DNA of 64,000 bases from Treponemataceae bacterium (GCA_963677895.2 CAXXGJ010000025.1:313181-377180); one strand, 5' to 3'; numbered from the stretch's first letter, positions 46,413 through 56,501 are shown. Numbers and translations: made by a program. The notes: generated by a model not told the origin, from the letters alone.

Positions 46413-46711
46413 ATCCTTTTATCGTATCCGAGGAGGGGGCTTGCTTCAATAGCGGAATCCCGATGGTCCTCGCGCCGCCGATTTCCGCGACGCGAGGATT
46501 CCGGAAATTCCATGCGGCAAGCAGGCAACGTTCAACGACGCGAGGACCATTATATCAATCGCATAACTTTAACACGAGGACGAAAGCATCTCGATTCGCG
46601 GGAAGTATCGACCGGCAAACATCGTAAATTCGAATACGATAGGAAAATCATTGCGTTTATTCTCTTGTCTTTTTTCAATAAAGCATTATGCTATATATAT
46701 GGAGGACTATC

Positions 46712-47110
46712 GTGGATAAAAAAGCACTGGCGTCTCTGAAAAAATTATCGAAGAATGGGCACGCTCTGGTTGAGATCATGGCAAAATACTTGATCATCCT
46801 GGATGAGTCTATCGCCGAGGAAGCCACGGGAAAACCTGCCAAAGCGGTTGCGGTGAAAAAGGCTCCGGTCGCGAAGAAAGTCGCCGCCAAAGCTCCGGCC
46901 GCCAAGATAGCGGCAGTCAAAAAACCGGTCGCCAAGAAAGCGATCGCGAAGAAGCCCGTCGCAAAAGCCAATGAAAAAGCGGTTGCGAAGCCGGCGGCGC
47001 CTAAGGTCAAAGCGCCCATTTCAAAACCAGTCGTCAAGGTCGAGGGAACCGTCGCGCCGGCGCAGGTAAAAAGCGTTAAGCGCGGACGCCCGGCCAAAGC
47101 GAAGAAATAA
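46712..47110 (+). CDS. Lys/Ala/Pro-rich histone-H1-like protein with an AT-hook
   Basis: GGAGG SD plus GTG start, KKPVAKKA repeats and C-terminal KRGRPAK. Confidence 0.7.
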   Translation: MDKKALASLKKLSKNGHALVEIMAKYLIILDESIAEEATGKPAKAVAVKKAPVAKKVAAKAPAAKIAAVKKPVAKKAIAKKPVAKANEKAVAKPAAPKVKAPISKPVVKVEGTVAPAQVKSVKRGRPAKAKK

Positions 47111-47124
47111 TTCACCGCGGCGCT

Positions 47125-48858
47125 TCATCGGCGGCCGTTGATCATCCGCATTTTCGTTTCATTCACTTTTGATCGACGGTCCGCCGTGAGAAGCCCATTG
47201 GTTTCGCTGCCTACATCGTAAAGTTGCGTGAGGCAGTAGCCGCAGAAAAGCCCGGATTTAACCACATCGCGAGTGTAGCGCTCAATTTTATCTTCAATCG
47301 ATCCGTCATCCTCTATTTGATACCAGCCAAATCCGCCGTATTCGCTTAAAAACCAGGGTGATTTTTTTATTTCCGCTTTTTTTTCGGCCTCTCGATCCAG
47401 GAACAGCGTCCTGGTCGTCGTAGCCACTCCGTTTCTCAGGTAAAAGCTCAGTACTCTGCGCAGGGAAAAATCGCTCATTTTCTCCGGATCGCGCGCGGAC
47501 ATCTTTGCGTAGGCATCGACGGCGAGATCGGCCTTTCCGAGATAATGATGAAAATCCACGATATCGCTGTCGAAATGTTCCCATCCGGAGTTTTCGATTA
47601 CCGGCCGCTGCGGATCGAGCGACCTGGCTATGGCGACCATCCTCTCCATGAATCGTCTGGTCGCGGAACCGCGGCGATACATTCCCCATACGCCCCAGGT
47701 TTCATTGAAGAGCACCCAGGAAATAGCCGAAGGATGCATGGAGTCTCTTTCGATTATTTCGCGGAACTCGCTCTCGTACGCGGCGAAAGCCTTGCGCGAA
47801 GGCCAATAGAAAGAGGGCATCTCGAAGGTGGTCAAAAGCCCCAGCTTGTCGCAAAGATAATGGAATCGCGGACTCTCGATCTTTTCGTGGATGCGCGCGC
47901 CGTTGAAGCCCATGTTTTTCAGGGCGAGAATATCATCCACGACGGCATCGACGGTTTTGGGTCTGTAGCCGCCTCCGGGGTAATACCCCTGGACGAGCGC
48001 CATGCGAAGGAAAAGCGATTCGCCGTTGAGGAAAAGGCCGTTGTCGCGCGCTTCGACGCGCCTGAGGCCGAAATAGCTTTCAACGACATCCATCTCGCGC
48101 TCGCCGGATAAAAGATTGTACGTTATGCGATACAGTTGTGGCGTCTCGGGCGACCAGGGAAATTCGCCGGTCTCATCGAAGGAAAATCCGCACAGATATG
48201 AACCGTCGCCTTCGCGGCCGGCTTCCCTGACAAGGCGTGCGCCGCCGGGCGTTTCAATCTCGACGGAAAGCCGCGCAGCGCCGCCGGCGGGATCCACATT
48301 GGCCGATACCGAAAAGCGGCGCGCGCCGAAATCCGCCCTCACCTTGGCGTTTACGAGCCCTACAGGCCCCGTGCGCTCGAGCCAGACCGATTGCCAGATG
48401 CCGGCGTAACCGGAATACCACACGAAAAAAGGCTTGCGCAGGAAGGTCTGCTTGCCTCTCGCCTGTCCGGGGTCGCGCGAGTCGCGCACGATGATTTCGA
48501 GCCTGTTCTCGCCGGGTTTCACCGCGGCGGTTATCTCGAAACGGAAAGAGGCGTAGCCGCCGATGTGCCGGCCTATGCCGATCCCGTTCACGATTACTTC
48601 GGATTCATAATCGGCTGCTCCAACGTTGAGAAAGAGCCTGTCGTCGCCGAGAGCGCGATCCAGGCTGAAAGTCCGGGAATAGGCGAAAGTGCCCGATTCC
48701 GGAAAATCGACGCCTGAGGCATCGCTTCCCACGGGGAATGGTACGTTGATATCAGCCGCCCTGCCCTTGTGCCGAATCCGCCAGGTCCCGTCGAGGGAAA
48801 CCCAATTCGGTCTGGCCCAAGCCGGGTTGGGATGATCAGGAACAATATCGGTATTCAT
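47125..48858 (-). CDS. Glycoside hydrolase family 2
   Basis: HPNPAWAR..SLDGTW, GKQ, GIWQSVWLE, FNETWG and SEYGG. The start is trimmed from the ORF-track call. Confidence 0.88.
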   Translation of the reverse strand: MNTDIVPDHPNPAWARPNWVSLDGTWRIRHKGRAADINVPFPVGSDASGVDFPESGTFAYSRTFSLDRALGDDRLFLNVGAADYESEVIVNGIGIGRHIGGYASFRFEITAAVKPGENRLEIIVRDSRDPGQARGKQTFLRKPFFVWYSGYAGIWQSVWLERTGPVGLVNAKVRADFGARRFSVSANVDPAGGAARLSVEIETPGGARLVREAGREGDGSYLCGFSFDETGEFPWSPETPQLYRITYNLLSGEREMDVVESYFGLRRVEARDNGLFLNGESLFLRMALVQGYYPGGGYRPKTVDAVVDDILALKNMGFNGARIHEKIESPRFHYLCDKLGLLTTFEMPSFYWPSRKAFAAYESEFREIIERDSMHPSAISWVLFNETWGVWGMYRRGSATRRFMERMVAIARSLDPQRPVIENSGWEHFDSDIVDFHHYLGKADLAVDAYAKMSARDPEKMSDFSLRRVLSFYLRNGVATTTRTLFLDREAEKKAEIKKSPWFLSEYGGFGWYQIEDDGSIEDKIERYTRDVVKSGLFCGYCLTQLYDVGSETNGLLTADRRSKVNETKMRMINGRR

Positions 48859-48902
48859 GTCGTAACCGCCGGATTTATTTATGTTTTCCATGAAGCCTGG
48901 AA

Positions 48903-50363
48903 TTAATCTTTCATCGACGCGATGGCTGTCCAGCCCTCGGCCATCGCTAGATCGGCGGATTTCCGCCTCGCGTCCAAATCGGACAACCTGGACCTGAAAG
49001 TATTCAGCGTATTCTCCGCTTCCCGATAAACAAGGCTCATTCCATCGGCAGCGGGACCTCCTTCGGTTCTCCTCACTTCCACGAAGTGCCAGGGTTCGAG
49101 AATCGCGTCGATTTCCGCGTCCTGCCAGGGCAAGACCCGCCCTGTCCTGTCGTAGAAAGCACTCCGAAGGATTTCCTTGTTTTGTCCCGATCGGATAAAA
49201 GCGGCGCATATTCCGTGAGCGGCGCGGAACCCGATGCCAAATTGCCGGACCATGGCGTCGGCAAGCTCCGTCGTCGTCACCCCGAATTGGAGCGCTATGG
49301 AGCGCGCTCGTTCGGGGTTGGCCTTCATCCCGGCGAAGATCGCTTCCGCTAGATCGATCGCCGAGAGAGCATAGGAAAATGCCTGCAGCAGCTGGGACAC
49401 GGGCGCGTCGGCCGCTTCGTTGACGTCCTGATACGGCACGTTGCGATACAAATCCTCGATGGTCGCGCAGAGTCCGATAGTCTGCCCGGCCTGAATGCGC
49501 AAGTGTTCGATGATGACGGGGTTTCGTTTCTGCGGCATGATTGATGAAATCTGCACCAGATCGTCGGGGAAATCGTATAACCCCACTTCGCACGATGCCT
49601 TGTGCGACAGATCGGCCGCGAATCTTCCAAGATCCAGCATGAGGGCATGCAGCGCCTGAGCGGGTTTCGTCAGCCAATGGGAAGTAGCGATCGCCTGGTA
49701 ACTGTTGGACACGAATCCCCGCATTCCCAGCAGTTCGGCCACTCTCCCCCTATCGACGGGAAAGCCTGTGCCGGTTATGGCGCAGGCGCCGAGCGTCGAT
49801 CTGTCCACGTCCGCGAGAGCCCCGAAAAAATCTTCGCCATCCGCGAGCAAGTCGAGGAGAACCGCCGAAAGGTAATGAGCTGTCGTCGAAGGATTGGCCG
49901 GCTGGCCGTGGGTGTACAGGACGGTCAATTCCTTTTCGCCCAGTCGGCAGCGCCGCAGGAGACGCTCGCAGCTTTCCGAGAAAGCGCGGAGGAGATCGAT
50001 CATCGCGCGTTTGAGAGCGAGGCGGAACACCGTGGTATCCATGTCGTTGCGGCTGCGCGCGGTATGGAGCCACGCGGCGTTTTCCTCGCCGGCGACATCG
50101 CCCAACTCCTTTTCGAAAAGGAAATACAGATCCTCTACGCCTTCGGGTATGCGATCGGGAGCGACGAAGCCGGCTTCCACTTGTTCGATTCCGGTTTTCA
50201 GGGACTTTGCCACTTCCGGCGCGATGATTTTCGTTTCGGCCAGCATGCATAGGTGCGCGCGATGCACGCGCAACGAATCCTCTTGGTATAGGTTTTTCCA
50301 GTTGGCGTAGGCGGGGTTCAGGACTCTGTCGACATAGACCTTGGCGAAAGCGCCGCCGCTCAT
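48903..50363 (-). CDS. Argininosuccinate-lyase-like (fumarase/aspartase superfamily) lyase
   Basis: HTARSRND, YTHGQPA and SSIMPQKRNP. Lacks the canonical ArgH WGGRF. Confidence 0.85.
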   Translation of the reverse strand: MSGGAFAKVYVDRVLNPAYANWKNLYQEDSLRVHRAHLCMLAETKIIAPEVAKSLKTGIEQVEAGFVAPDRIPEGVEDLYFLFEKELGDVAGEENAAWLHTARSRNDMDTTVFRLALKRAMIDLLRAFSESCERLLRRCRLGEKELTVLYTHGQPANPSTTAHYLSAVLLDLLADGEDFFGALADVDRSTLGACAITGTGFPVDRGRVAELLGMRGFVSNSYQAIATSHWLTKPAQALHALMLDLGRFAADLSHKASCEVGLYDFPDDLVQISSIMPQKRNPVIIEHLRIQAGQTIGLCATIEDLYRNVPYQDVNEAADAPVSQLLQAFSYALSAIDLAEAIFAGMKANPERARSIALQFGVTTTELADAMVRQFGIGFRAAHGICAAFIRSGQNKEILRSAFYDRTGRVLPWQDAEIDAILEPWHFVEVRRTEGGPAADGMSLVYREAENTLNTFRSRLSDLDARRKSADLAMAEGWTAIASMKD

Positions 50364-51346
50364 AATGAAGCCCCTCCGAACCCGAGAAGCGCGGCGGCAT
50401 TCCGGAAGAGGACCTGATCACGCTCATCTTCGGAATAACCGACATCAGCCATCGCCCTTACCTGCACGTCCAGGTAAGCCTGCGCGAATCCTCGGGGAAA
50501 CCAGGACGAATCCGTTCCAAAAATGATGCGCGACGCGCCGATCGTCTCCCGGTATTTTCTGAAAAGGCTTTCGAGCGTCACCTCGTACGGCATCCAGCGC
50601 ATCCATTGATTGGAGCCGGAAGTGTCGATGTACACATTGGGGCAAGCCCAGCAGAGGTTGAGCGTCTCGAAGACATAACCGCAGCCGAAATGCGGCACTA
50701 TTATAGGGATTCGCGGAAAGCGCTTGGCCACATCGTGGATCGATAGCGGATTTATGTTCATGTGCGATGCTATGCCGCCGGCTCCACCCATTATGCCGAA
50801 ATGGAAAAGAATCGGGATGCCCAAGGACTGCGCGCAGTCCCAGAGCGGATCGAAGGAAGGATCGGAAAGCGGCTTGTCCACTTTTGGCGCGAGGATCTTG
50901 TAGCCTTTGAGACCTTCTTTCCTGACGGCGTTTTCGAGTCTCTCGGGCGCGTCGGGAAGCAGTGGGTCGTGATGAGCGTAGGCGATGAAACGATCGGGGT
51001 GCCTGCCGGCGAGTCCGGACGCGAAGCTGTTGCTCCCCGCGGTGACGAATACCACCGCTTTCAGATAATCATATTTTTCCGTCTCCAAGACCCAAAGTCG
51101 CTCACCTTCTTCGCGGCTTACTTTCCGCGAAGCCGGGAAGCGCCAGGCCGCTTCCCATCGAGCTTTTTCCGAATCCAGCCAAACCTCGGCCTTGCCGGGC
51201 GCCGAAAGCGGCGCGTCCGCGGCCTTTCCCGCGGCCGATGCCGAGCGGCCGGAAGTATAGCCGGTGCCAGAGGATTCTCCCCCTGCCTTGCCGTCGTCTA
51301 TGATCTTGTCTTCGGGAAAATGAATATGCGAATCGATCACACGCAT
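50360..51346 (-). CDS. Amidohydrolase_2 family metallohydrolase
   Basis: IDSHIH, FHFG, PHFG and FGTDS. Confidence 0.9.
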   Translation of the reverse strand: MRVIDSHIHFPEDKIIDDGKAGGESSGTGYTSGRSASAAGKAADAPLSAPGKAEVWLDSEKARWEAAWRFPASRKVSREEGERLWVLETEKYDYLKAVVFVTAGSNSFASGLAGRHPDRFIAYAHHDPLLPDAPERLENAVRKEGLKGYKILAPKVDKPLSDPSFDPLWDCAQSLGIPILFHFGIMGGAGGIASHMNINPLSIHDVAKRFPRIPIIVPHFGCGYVFETLNLCWACPNVYIDTSGSNQWMRWMPYEVTLESLFRKYRETIGASRIIFGTDSSWFPRGFAQAYLDVQVRAMADVGYSEDERDQVLFRNAAALLGFGGASL

Positions 51347-51391
51347 GAATTACCATCCTTGAAAGAAAAGGGATTGGCCCCAGCCCCGATC

Positions 51392-52240
51392 TCAGCCTTT
51401 GAGGCCGGTCATCGCTATGCCTTTCACGATCTGTTTCTGGAAAATAAGGAAAATGATGACGAGCGGCAGCATCGCTACCGTCGCTCCCGTCATGATGTAA
51501 TGCCAATCGCTGCCCGCCTCGCCGGAAAAATTGGCGAGTCCCACCGGCAAGGTGAACATTTTGGGCCTGGACGCGGCGATGAGAGGCCAGAGGAAGGAAT
51601 TCCAGTTGCCGATGAAATTGAATATCGCCAGCGTGGCCAAGGCCGGACTGACAAGGGGTATGACGACGGTGAGGAATATCCGCAGTTCGCCTTGCCCGTC
51701 CACGCGAGCCGCGTCGATCAGGTCATCGGGAATCGTCGACATGAACTGCCGCATCAGGTAAACGCCGAAAGCGCTGATCATGCCTGGGAACATTATCGCC
51801 CAATATGTGTTGCCCCATTTCATCGCTCGCGACATGGCATACCAGGGAATGACGAGCATTTCGGTGGGAATCATCAGCGTGCTTATGATCAGGAGAAATA
51901 TGATCTTCTTGCCCGGGAAGCGGAACTTGGAGAGCGTATAACCTAGAAGGGAATCGAAAAAAAGGACGGAAATCGTCGTCGAAACGGCGACGATGGCCGA
52001 ATTCAGGAACCAGCGCGGAAACTTGGAACCTTCGGAAAACAAGATGTATTTATAGTTATCCAGCGTAGGGACCGAAGGAAATAGTTTCATCTGGAATATT
52101 TGCGTGACATCCTTGAAGCTCGACATGAGCATCCAGAGAAAGGGGAAGATCATGACGATCGCGAAGAAGACGAGTATGAGATAGGCGGAAGCGATGCCCG
52201 CGTTCCGTCGCAGGAAAATTCTATTTTTCATGACCGCCAT
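51392..52240 (-). CDS. Carbohydrate ABC transporter permease (MalG-like)
   Basis: DAARVDG motif, WNSFLWP and 6 TM. Confidence 0.93.
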   Translation of the reverse strand: MAVMKNRIFLRRNAGIASAYLILVFFAIVMIFPFLWMLMSSFKDVTQIFQMKLFPSVPTLDNYKYILFSEGSKFPRWFLNSAIVAVSTTISVLFFDSLLGYTLSKFRFPGKKIIFLLIISTLMIPTEMLVIPWYAMSRAMKWGNTYWAIMFPGMISAFGVYLMRQFMSTIPDDLIDAARVDGQGELRIFLTVVIPLVSPALATLAIFNFIGNWNSFLWPLIAASRPKMFTLPVGLANFSGEAGSDWHYIMTGATVAMLPLVIIFLIFQKQIVKGIAMTGLKG

Positions 52241-52241
52241 C

Positions 52242-53129
52242 TTAGTAGTTAACCTTGCGGTCAAGGAATTTCATCTGAAAAAGCGTGACCGCCATGATGA
52301 TCGCGAACAGGATTATGCTCGCGCTTCCCGCCTGCGCCATTTCAAAATTGGTGAAGGCTTTCTGATAAATATAGAGCGCCGCGGACTTCGTTGAATCCAA
52401 GGGTCCGCCCATGGCCTGCATGGACATGTTGTAAACCTGCGTGAAGATGCGCAGGAACTGGATGCCTTCCATCACGATGAGAAAGAAGGTGATGGGCGCC
52501 AATAGAGGAATGGTTACCTTGAAGAGGACTTGATGGGCCTTGGCTCCGTCGATCCTGGCGGCTTCGTTCAATTCTTTGGGAATGGTCTGAAGGCCGGCCA
52601 GGAATATCGTGGAACAATAGCCGAGTTCTACCCAGACATTGACGCCCAATATCGAAGGCAGAGCCTGCGTCGTGCTGTTCAGGAACTCTCCGGCGGGAAT
52701 TCCGACGGCCACGAGCATCGCGTTGATGACGCCAAGCGGGGGCGCCTGGTACATCCAACGCCATACCCAGCTGACCGCCACCACCGGCGTGATATACGGA
52801 AGCACATAGATGAGGCGGAAAAGCCCTTTGCCTTTCGGAATGAGATCCAAGAGAAGGGCTACGCAAAGACTCAGGACGATGACGATCGGCGCCCCGAAAA
52901 TCGCATAACGCAGGGTATTGCCCAACGCTTTTCGGAATACGGGATCGGCGATGACAGTCCTGTAATTTTCGATGCCGATGAATTTGGTCACCTTGCGCAG
53001 CAAGCCCCAATCCGTGAAGCTCATCGCCATCATATAGAGCATGGGGCCGAAACGGACGCATATGAAGAATACCAAAGGAATGGCGAGGAATGAGTAAGCC
53101 GTAACGGATCTGCGGGTAGCCAATGTCAT
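52242..53129 (-). CDS. Carbohydrate ABC transporter permease (MalF-like)
   Basis: FIGIENY and EAARIDGA. Confidence 0.94.
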   Translation of the reverse strand: MTLATRRSVTAYSFLAIPLVFFICVRFGPMLYMMAMSFTDWGLLRKVTKFIGIENYRTVIADPVFRKALGNTLRYAIFGAPIVIVLSLCVALLLDLIPKGKGLFRLIYVLPYITPVVAVSWVWRWMYQAPPLGVINAMLVAVGIPAGEFLNSTTQALPSILGVNVWVELGYCSTIFLAGLQTIPKELNEAARIDGAKAHQVLFKVTIPLLAPITFFLIVMEGIQFLRIFTQVYNMSMQAMGGPLDSTKSAALYIYQKAFTNFEMAQAGSASIILFAIIMAVTLFQMKFLDRKVNY

Positions 53130-53189
53130 CTAATATTCCCCTTCGCCGATGCGCTGTCTGTCCGAATAGGAGCCGCGCCCCCTGAGCAG

Positions 53190-53222
53190 GCCGCGTACTC
53201 GACAGGAAGCCGAGTACGCGGC
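53190..53222 (-). promoter_or_regulatory. Intercistronic stem-loop after the solute-binding protein gene
   Basis: 12-bp inverted repeat GCCGCGTACTCG/CGAGTACGCGGC. Confidence 0.6.
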
Positions 53223-53230
53223 AGAAAATG

Positions 53231-54478
53231 TCATTTCCAGAATTCGTCGATAAGTTTCTGTTCCTTCGCGGCGGCGTTTTTCAATGCCTGGAGGGGATCC
53301 ACTTTCTTGAGAATCACTTCATCCACGGCGTCGACCATGACGTTGCGCTGGCCGGCTTCGTCGATGAAGAGGCTCGCTTTCGCCGAAGCCAGTCCATTGA
53401 GGAAAGGAAGAATGACGGGATCATTCTTGTATTTTTCCGACAGGGAAGGCGTGGCGGGAAGCTCGCCAACCTGTTTGAGCCAGAGTTCCTGGACTTCGGG
53501 AGAAGTGATGTACTTGAGGAATTTTATGGAAGCGTCCAACTTCTTGCCCTTGACGCCGTCCACGATGCCGTGCGTCCAGTATGAAGCGTAGTTGGATTTA
53601 ATCCCCTTGTTGCTGGGCAGTTCCGCGACGCCCCATTCGAGATCCTTGACGGCGTTGAGGGTGGCGATGCGGAACGAACCGTCGATATTCATCGCGGCTT
53701 TTCCGGCCTTGAAAGCGGTCACGTCGTCGGTGGCGAAGTTCGGATAGCCGACTTTATCCTTCGTGATGAGATCGGTGTACCACTTCAGCGCTTCGGCGCC
53801 CTTGGCGTCCGCGTAGGTTACCTTCCGGTAATCGCTGCTGTAGGGCACGTTTCCGAACTGGCGGGTAAGCACTTCGCGAATCCAGGAATGTCCCTGGCCC
53901 GTAGGCTGCATCGCGAGACCGGCCTGTATCAGGTTGCCCTGGTTGTCGTACTTGGAGAGCTTCCTGGCGTAGGCGGCCAGCTCGTCGAGGGTTTTGGGCG
54001 CCACATTGGGATCCAATCCGGCTTCCTTGAACAGTTTCTTGTTCCAGATAAGGGCCAACGTGCGCACCGCCGTCGGGGCGGAGTAGTACTTGCCGCCGAA
54101 ATCCACCGACTCGGCTACGAAGGGATAGTAGGTTTTATCGAAATAAGCCTTGTTGAAATCGGTTTTCGGCAGCTCCTGCAGATAGCCGGCCTTTATGTAC
54201 ATGGGCAGCCAGCCGTAAAAGAGCGTGATCACGTCCGGACCTTCGCCCGCGGGGATGGAGGCGGCGACCTTCTGGTTGAAAGATTCGTAGGGGAACGTCA
54301 CCTGTTCAACCTTTATCCCTGGGTTGGCTTTTTCGAAGTTCTTGATGAGTTCGTCGACGAGCTTGACTTTCGATTCGTAGAAATACTGCCAATACGTGAT
54401 GGTGACGGTTTCCGCGCCGATTCCGGCTACGGCCGCCAGCAGGGCGATGAGCAGGATCGCTGATCTGATTCGCTTCAT
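53231..54478 (-). CDS. ABC transporter solute-binding protein (family 1)
   Basis: Signal peptide, FEKANPGIKV, WNKKLFKEAGL and AGGAGG SD. Confidence 0.93.
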   Translation of the reverse strand: MKRIRSAILLIALLAAVAGIGAETVTITYWQYFYESKVKLVDELIKNFEKANPGIKVEQVTFPYESFNQKVAASIPAGEGPDVITLFYGWLPMYIKAGYLQELPKTDFNKAYFDKTYYPFVAESVDFGGKYYSAPTAVRTLALIWNKKLFKEAGLDPNVAPKTLDELAAYARKLSKYDNQGNLIQAGLAMQPTGQGHSWIREVLTRQFGNVPYSSDYRKVTYADAKGAEALKWYTDLITKDKVGYPNFATDDVTAFKAGKAAMNIDGSFRIATLNAVKDLEWGVAELPSNKGIKSNYASYWTHGIVDGVKGKKLDASIKFLKYITSPEVQELWLKQVGELPATPSLSEKYKNDPVILPFLNGLASAKASLFIDEAGQRNVMVDAVDEVILKKVDPLQALKNAAAKEQKLIDEFWK

Positions 54479-54550
54479 ATTTCCTCCTTGAACAAGACGC
54501 TCGCTCTAGGCAAATCGGAATCTCCGGCCTGCCGGATTGAGCCAAGGCTG

Positions 54551-54579
54551 ATTATAGTACGTGCATTCCCCATAAGCAA
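54551..54579 (-). promoter_or_regulatory. Sigma70 promoter of the ABC/catabolic operon
   Basis: TTGCTT-17 bp-TATAAT. Confidence 0.75.
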
Positions 54580-54668
54580 GTTTATGCGTGTGAATGAGCG
54601 CCGAGAGGCATTCCGCATGAGTCCTTCTCCCATTGCCCATATAGGCGCTCGCGCTGTATTTTAGTGGC

Positions 54669-55937
54669 ATGACCATACCGACTATAAAACTTAAGCCGAG
54701 GGAAGAGATTCGCATCCGCCGCGGGCATCCCTGGATTTACGATAACGAAATCGCGCTGGTGGAAGGCAATCCGGAAGCCGGAGCCGAGGTCAGCGCCCTG
54801 GATTCTAGAGGCAAGCCTTTGGGATTCGGATTTTACAATCCCGTTTCCAAGATACGCGTGCGTCTTTTTTCCAGAAGCTCGGTCAAGGCGGACAAGGAAT
54901 TTTTCGTCGAGGCTTTCAGGACAGCCCTGGCTTGGCGCGCGCGATTCTTCGATACGGAAAAGCAGAGTTTCCGCGCCGTATTCGGCGAGGCCGATTCAGT
55001 GCCGGGACTGATCGTGGATCTCTTTACCGGGACCTCGGGGGGCGATACTTCAACCGCAGACAATACCTCGGCCTCCGGGGAGCCAAGTGACGGCTCCGAA
55101 CCCGGCCTGCCGGGACGCTGGCTTTCTACCCAATTCCTGAGCCTTGGCGTTGAGCGGCGGAAGACGGAGATCATCGCCGCGCTGCAGGAAGTGTTTTCTC
55201 CCGACGGCATCGCGGAACGTTCGGACGCGCCCGTGCGGGCTTTGGAGGGGCTTGTCCCATCATCGGGCGTGATCGCGGGCTCGGTCCCGCAATCGATAAT
55301 CATGGACGAAAATGGCGCCAAGTTCTCGGTGGATATAGCGGGCGGCCAAAAGACGGGCTGGTTCCTGGACCAGAGGGCCAACCGCGCCGCGGCGGCCCGC
55401 TTCGCCGCGGGCAAAACCGTTCTGGACGTCTTCTGCAACCAGGGCGGCTTCGGCATTCTTTGCGCGCTTTCCGGCGCGAAGAGCGTCACCGCTGTCGATT
55501 CCTCGACCGGAGCCCTGGCCGCCGCGTCGCTCAACGCGAGGCTCAACGGCGTCGCCTCCGTCTTCGCCACGGTCGAGGCCAATGCCTTTGACCATCTCAG
55601 GGCGCTCGAAAAAAGCGGCTCGAAATTCGATCTCGTCATCCTTGATCCGCCGGCTTTCGCCAAAAGCCGTTCGGCGGTGGAAGCCGCCTATCGCGGATAC
55701 AAGGAAATCAACGTGAGGGCGATGCGGCTTCTCAGCCACGGCGGCATCCTCGTCACCTGTTCCTGTTCGCATTGGTTCGACGAAAACCTTTTCGATTCGA
55801 TGCTCGCCGATGCCGCTTTTGATTGCGGGCGCCGCTTCCGCGTCGTGGAGGACCGCGCGCAGGATTTGGACCACCCCATCATTTCGGGATATGGCGAATC
55901 GCGCTATCTCAAGTGCAGGATACTCGAGGTTCTATAG
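54669..55937 (+). CDS. rlmI: 23S rRNA m5C methyltransferase, RlmI family
   Basis: GHPWIY PUA domain, GQKTGWFLDQR, DPPAF, TCSCS and YLKC. Confidence 0.88.
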   Translation: MTIPTIKLKPREEIRIRRGHPWIYDNEIALVEGNPEAGAEVSALDSRGKPLGFGFYNPVSKIRVRLFSRSSVKADKEFFVEAFRTALAWRARFFDTEKQSFRAVFGEADSVPGLIVDLFTGTSGGDTSTADNTSASGEPSDGSEPGLPGRWLSTQFLSLGVERRKTEIIAALQEVFSPDGIAERSDAPVRALEGLVPSSGVIAGSVPQSIIMDENGAKFSVDIAGGQKTGWFLDQRANRAAAARFAAGKTVLDVFCNQGGFGILCALSGAKSVTAVDSSTGALAAASLNARLNGVASVFATVEANAFDHLRALEKSGSKFDLVILDPPAFAKSRSAVEAAYRGYKEINVRAMRLLSHGGILVTCSCSHWFDENLFDSMLADAAFDCGRRFRVVEDRAQDLDHPIISGYGESRYLKCRILEVL

Positions 55938-56222
55938 CACCATCGTCTTCGACACTTCCTCTAGATAGACCCCGAAGAGGCGCGAGAGCTGCGAAGCCTC
56001 CGTGTATTTGGTGCCGGCCTTGGCGTTGAAATGATCGATGAAGGCTTTCATCTCCTCGGGCTTTTTTGAATATAAGGCCGAGGAAAAAGCGGCCCTGTAC
56101 AGCCCCTTCTCCGCCAGCTCCATCGTGCTCAGCTTTCCGAATTCCTTTTTCGCCTTTCCGTCGACGACGGCGACCGCCCCTTCGAAGCCTATGGCGAATA
56201 TGAAGTCTTCCCTTGTTATCAA
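55932..56222 (-). CDS. Small hypothetical protein (about 96 aa)
   Basis: GGGGAG SD with a TTG start and genome-typical codon usage. Confidence 0.65.
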   Translation of the reverse strand: MITREDFIFAIGFEGAVAVVDGKAKKEFGKLSTMELAEKGLYRAAFSSALYSKKPEEMKAFIDHFNAKAGTKYTEASQLSRLFGVYLEEVSKTMVL

Positions 56223-56286
56223 GATGTCATCTCCCCCGCGCTTGCGGCATTCGGCAATGTTGCGGCGCGACCGCCGCCTGAAAAAT

Positions 56287-56318
56287 AAAAAATGGGGGCC
56301 CAACGAGGGCCCCCATAA
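56287..56318 (-). terminator. Terminator after rubredoxin
   Basis: ATGGGGGCCC/GGGCCCCCAT stem plus a T-tract. Confidence 0.85.
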
Positions 56319-56339
56319 GTATACCGCGACGTTCGACGC

Positions 56340-56501
56340 TTAGTCAGCGGGGGAGAATGAATCCTTCCCCGCTCCGCACATCGGGCAAACCCAATCGTCG
56401 GGGAGGCTTTCGAAAGAGGTTCCGGCGGGAATCTTGCCATCGGCATCGCCTTCGGCCGGATCATAGATGTAGCCGCACACTTCGCAAACATACTTCTTCA
56501 T
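56340..56501 (-). CDS. Rubredoxin (53 aa, below the ORF-track cutoff)
   Basis: Translated by hand: [53 protein letters not shown]. Confidence 0.97.
   Translation of the reverse strand: MKKYVCEVCGYIYDPAEGDADGKIPAGTSFESLPDDWVCPMCGAGKDSFSPAD

Noticed and set aside
48859..49677. 850-aa version of the GH2 ORF
   Set aside because: The extension overlaps the ArgH-like gene in another frame, and GH2 homology starts at about 48858.
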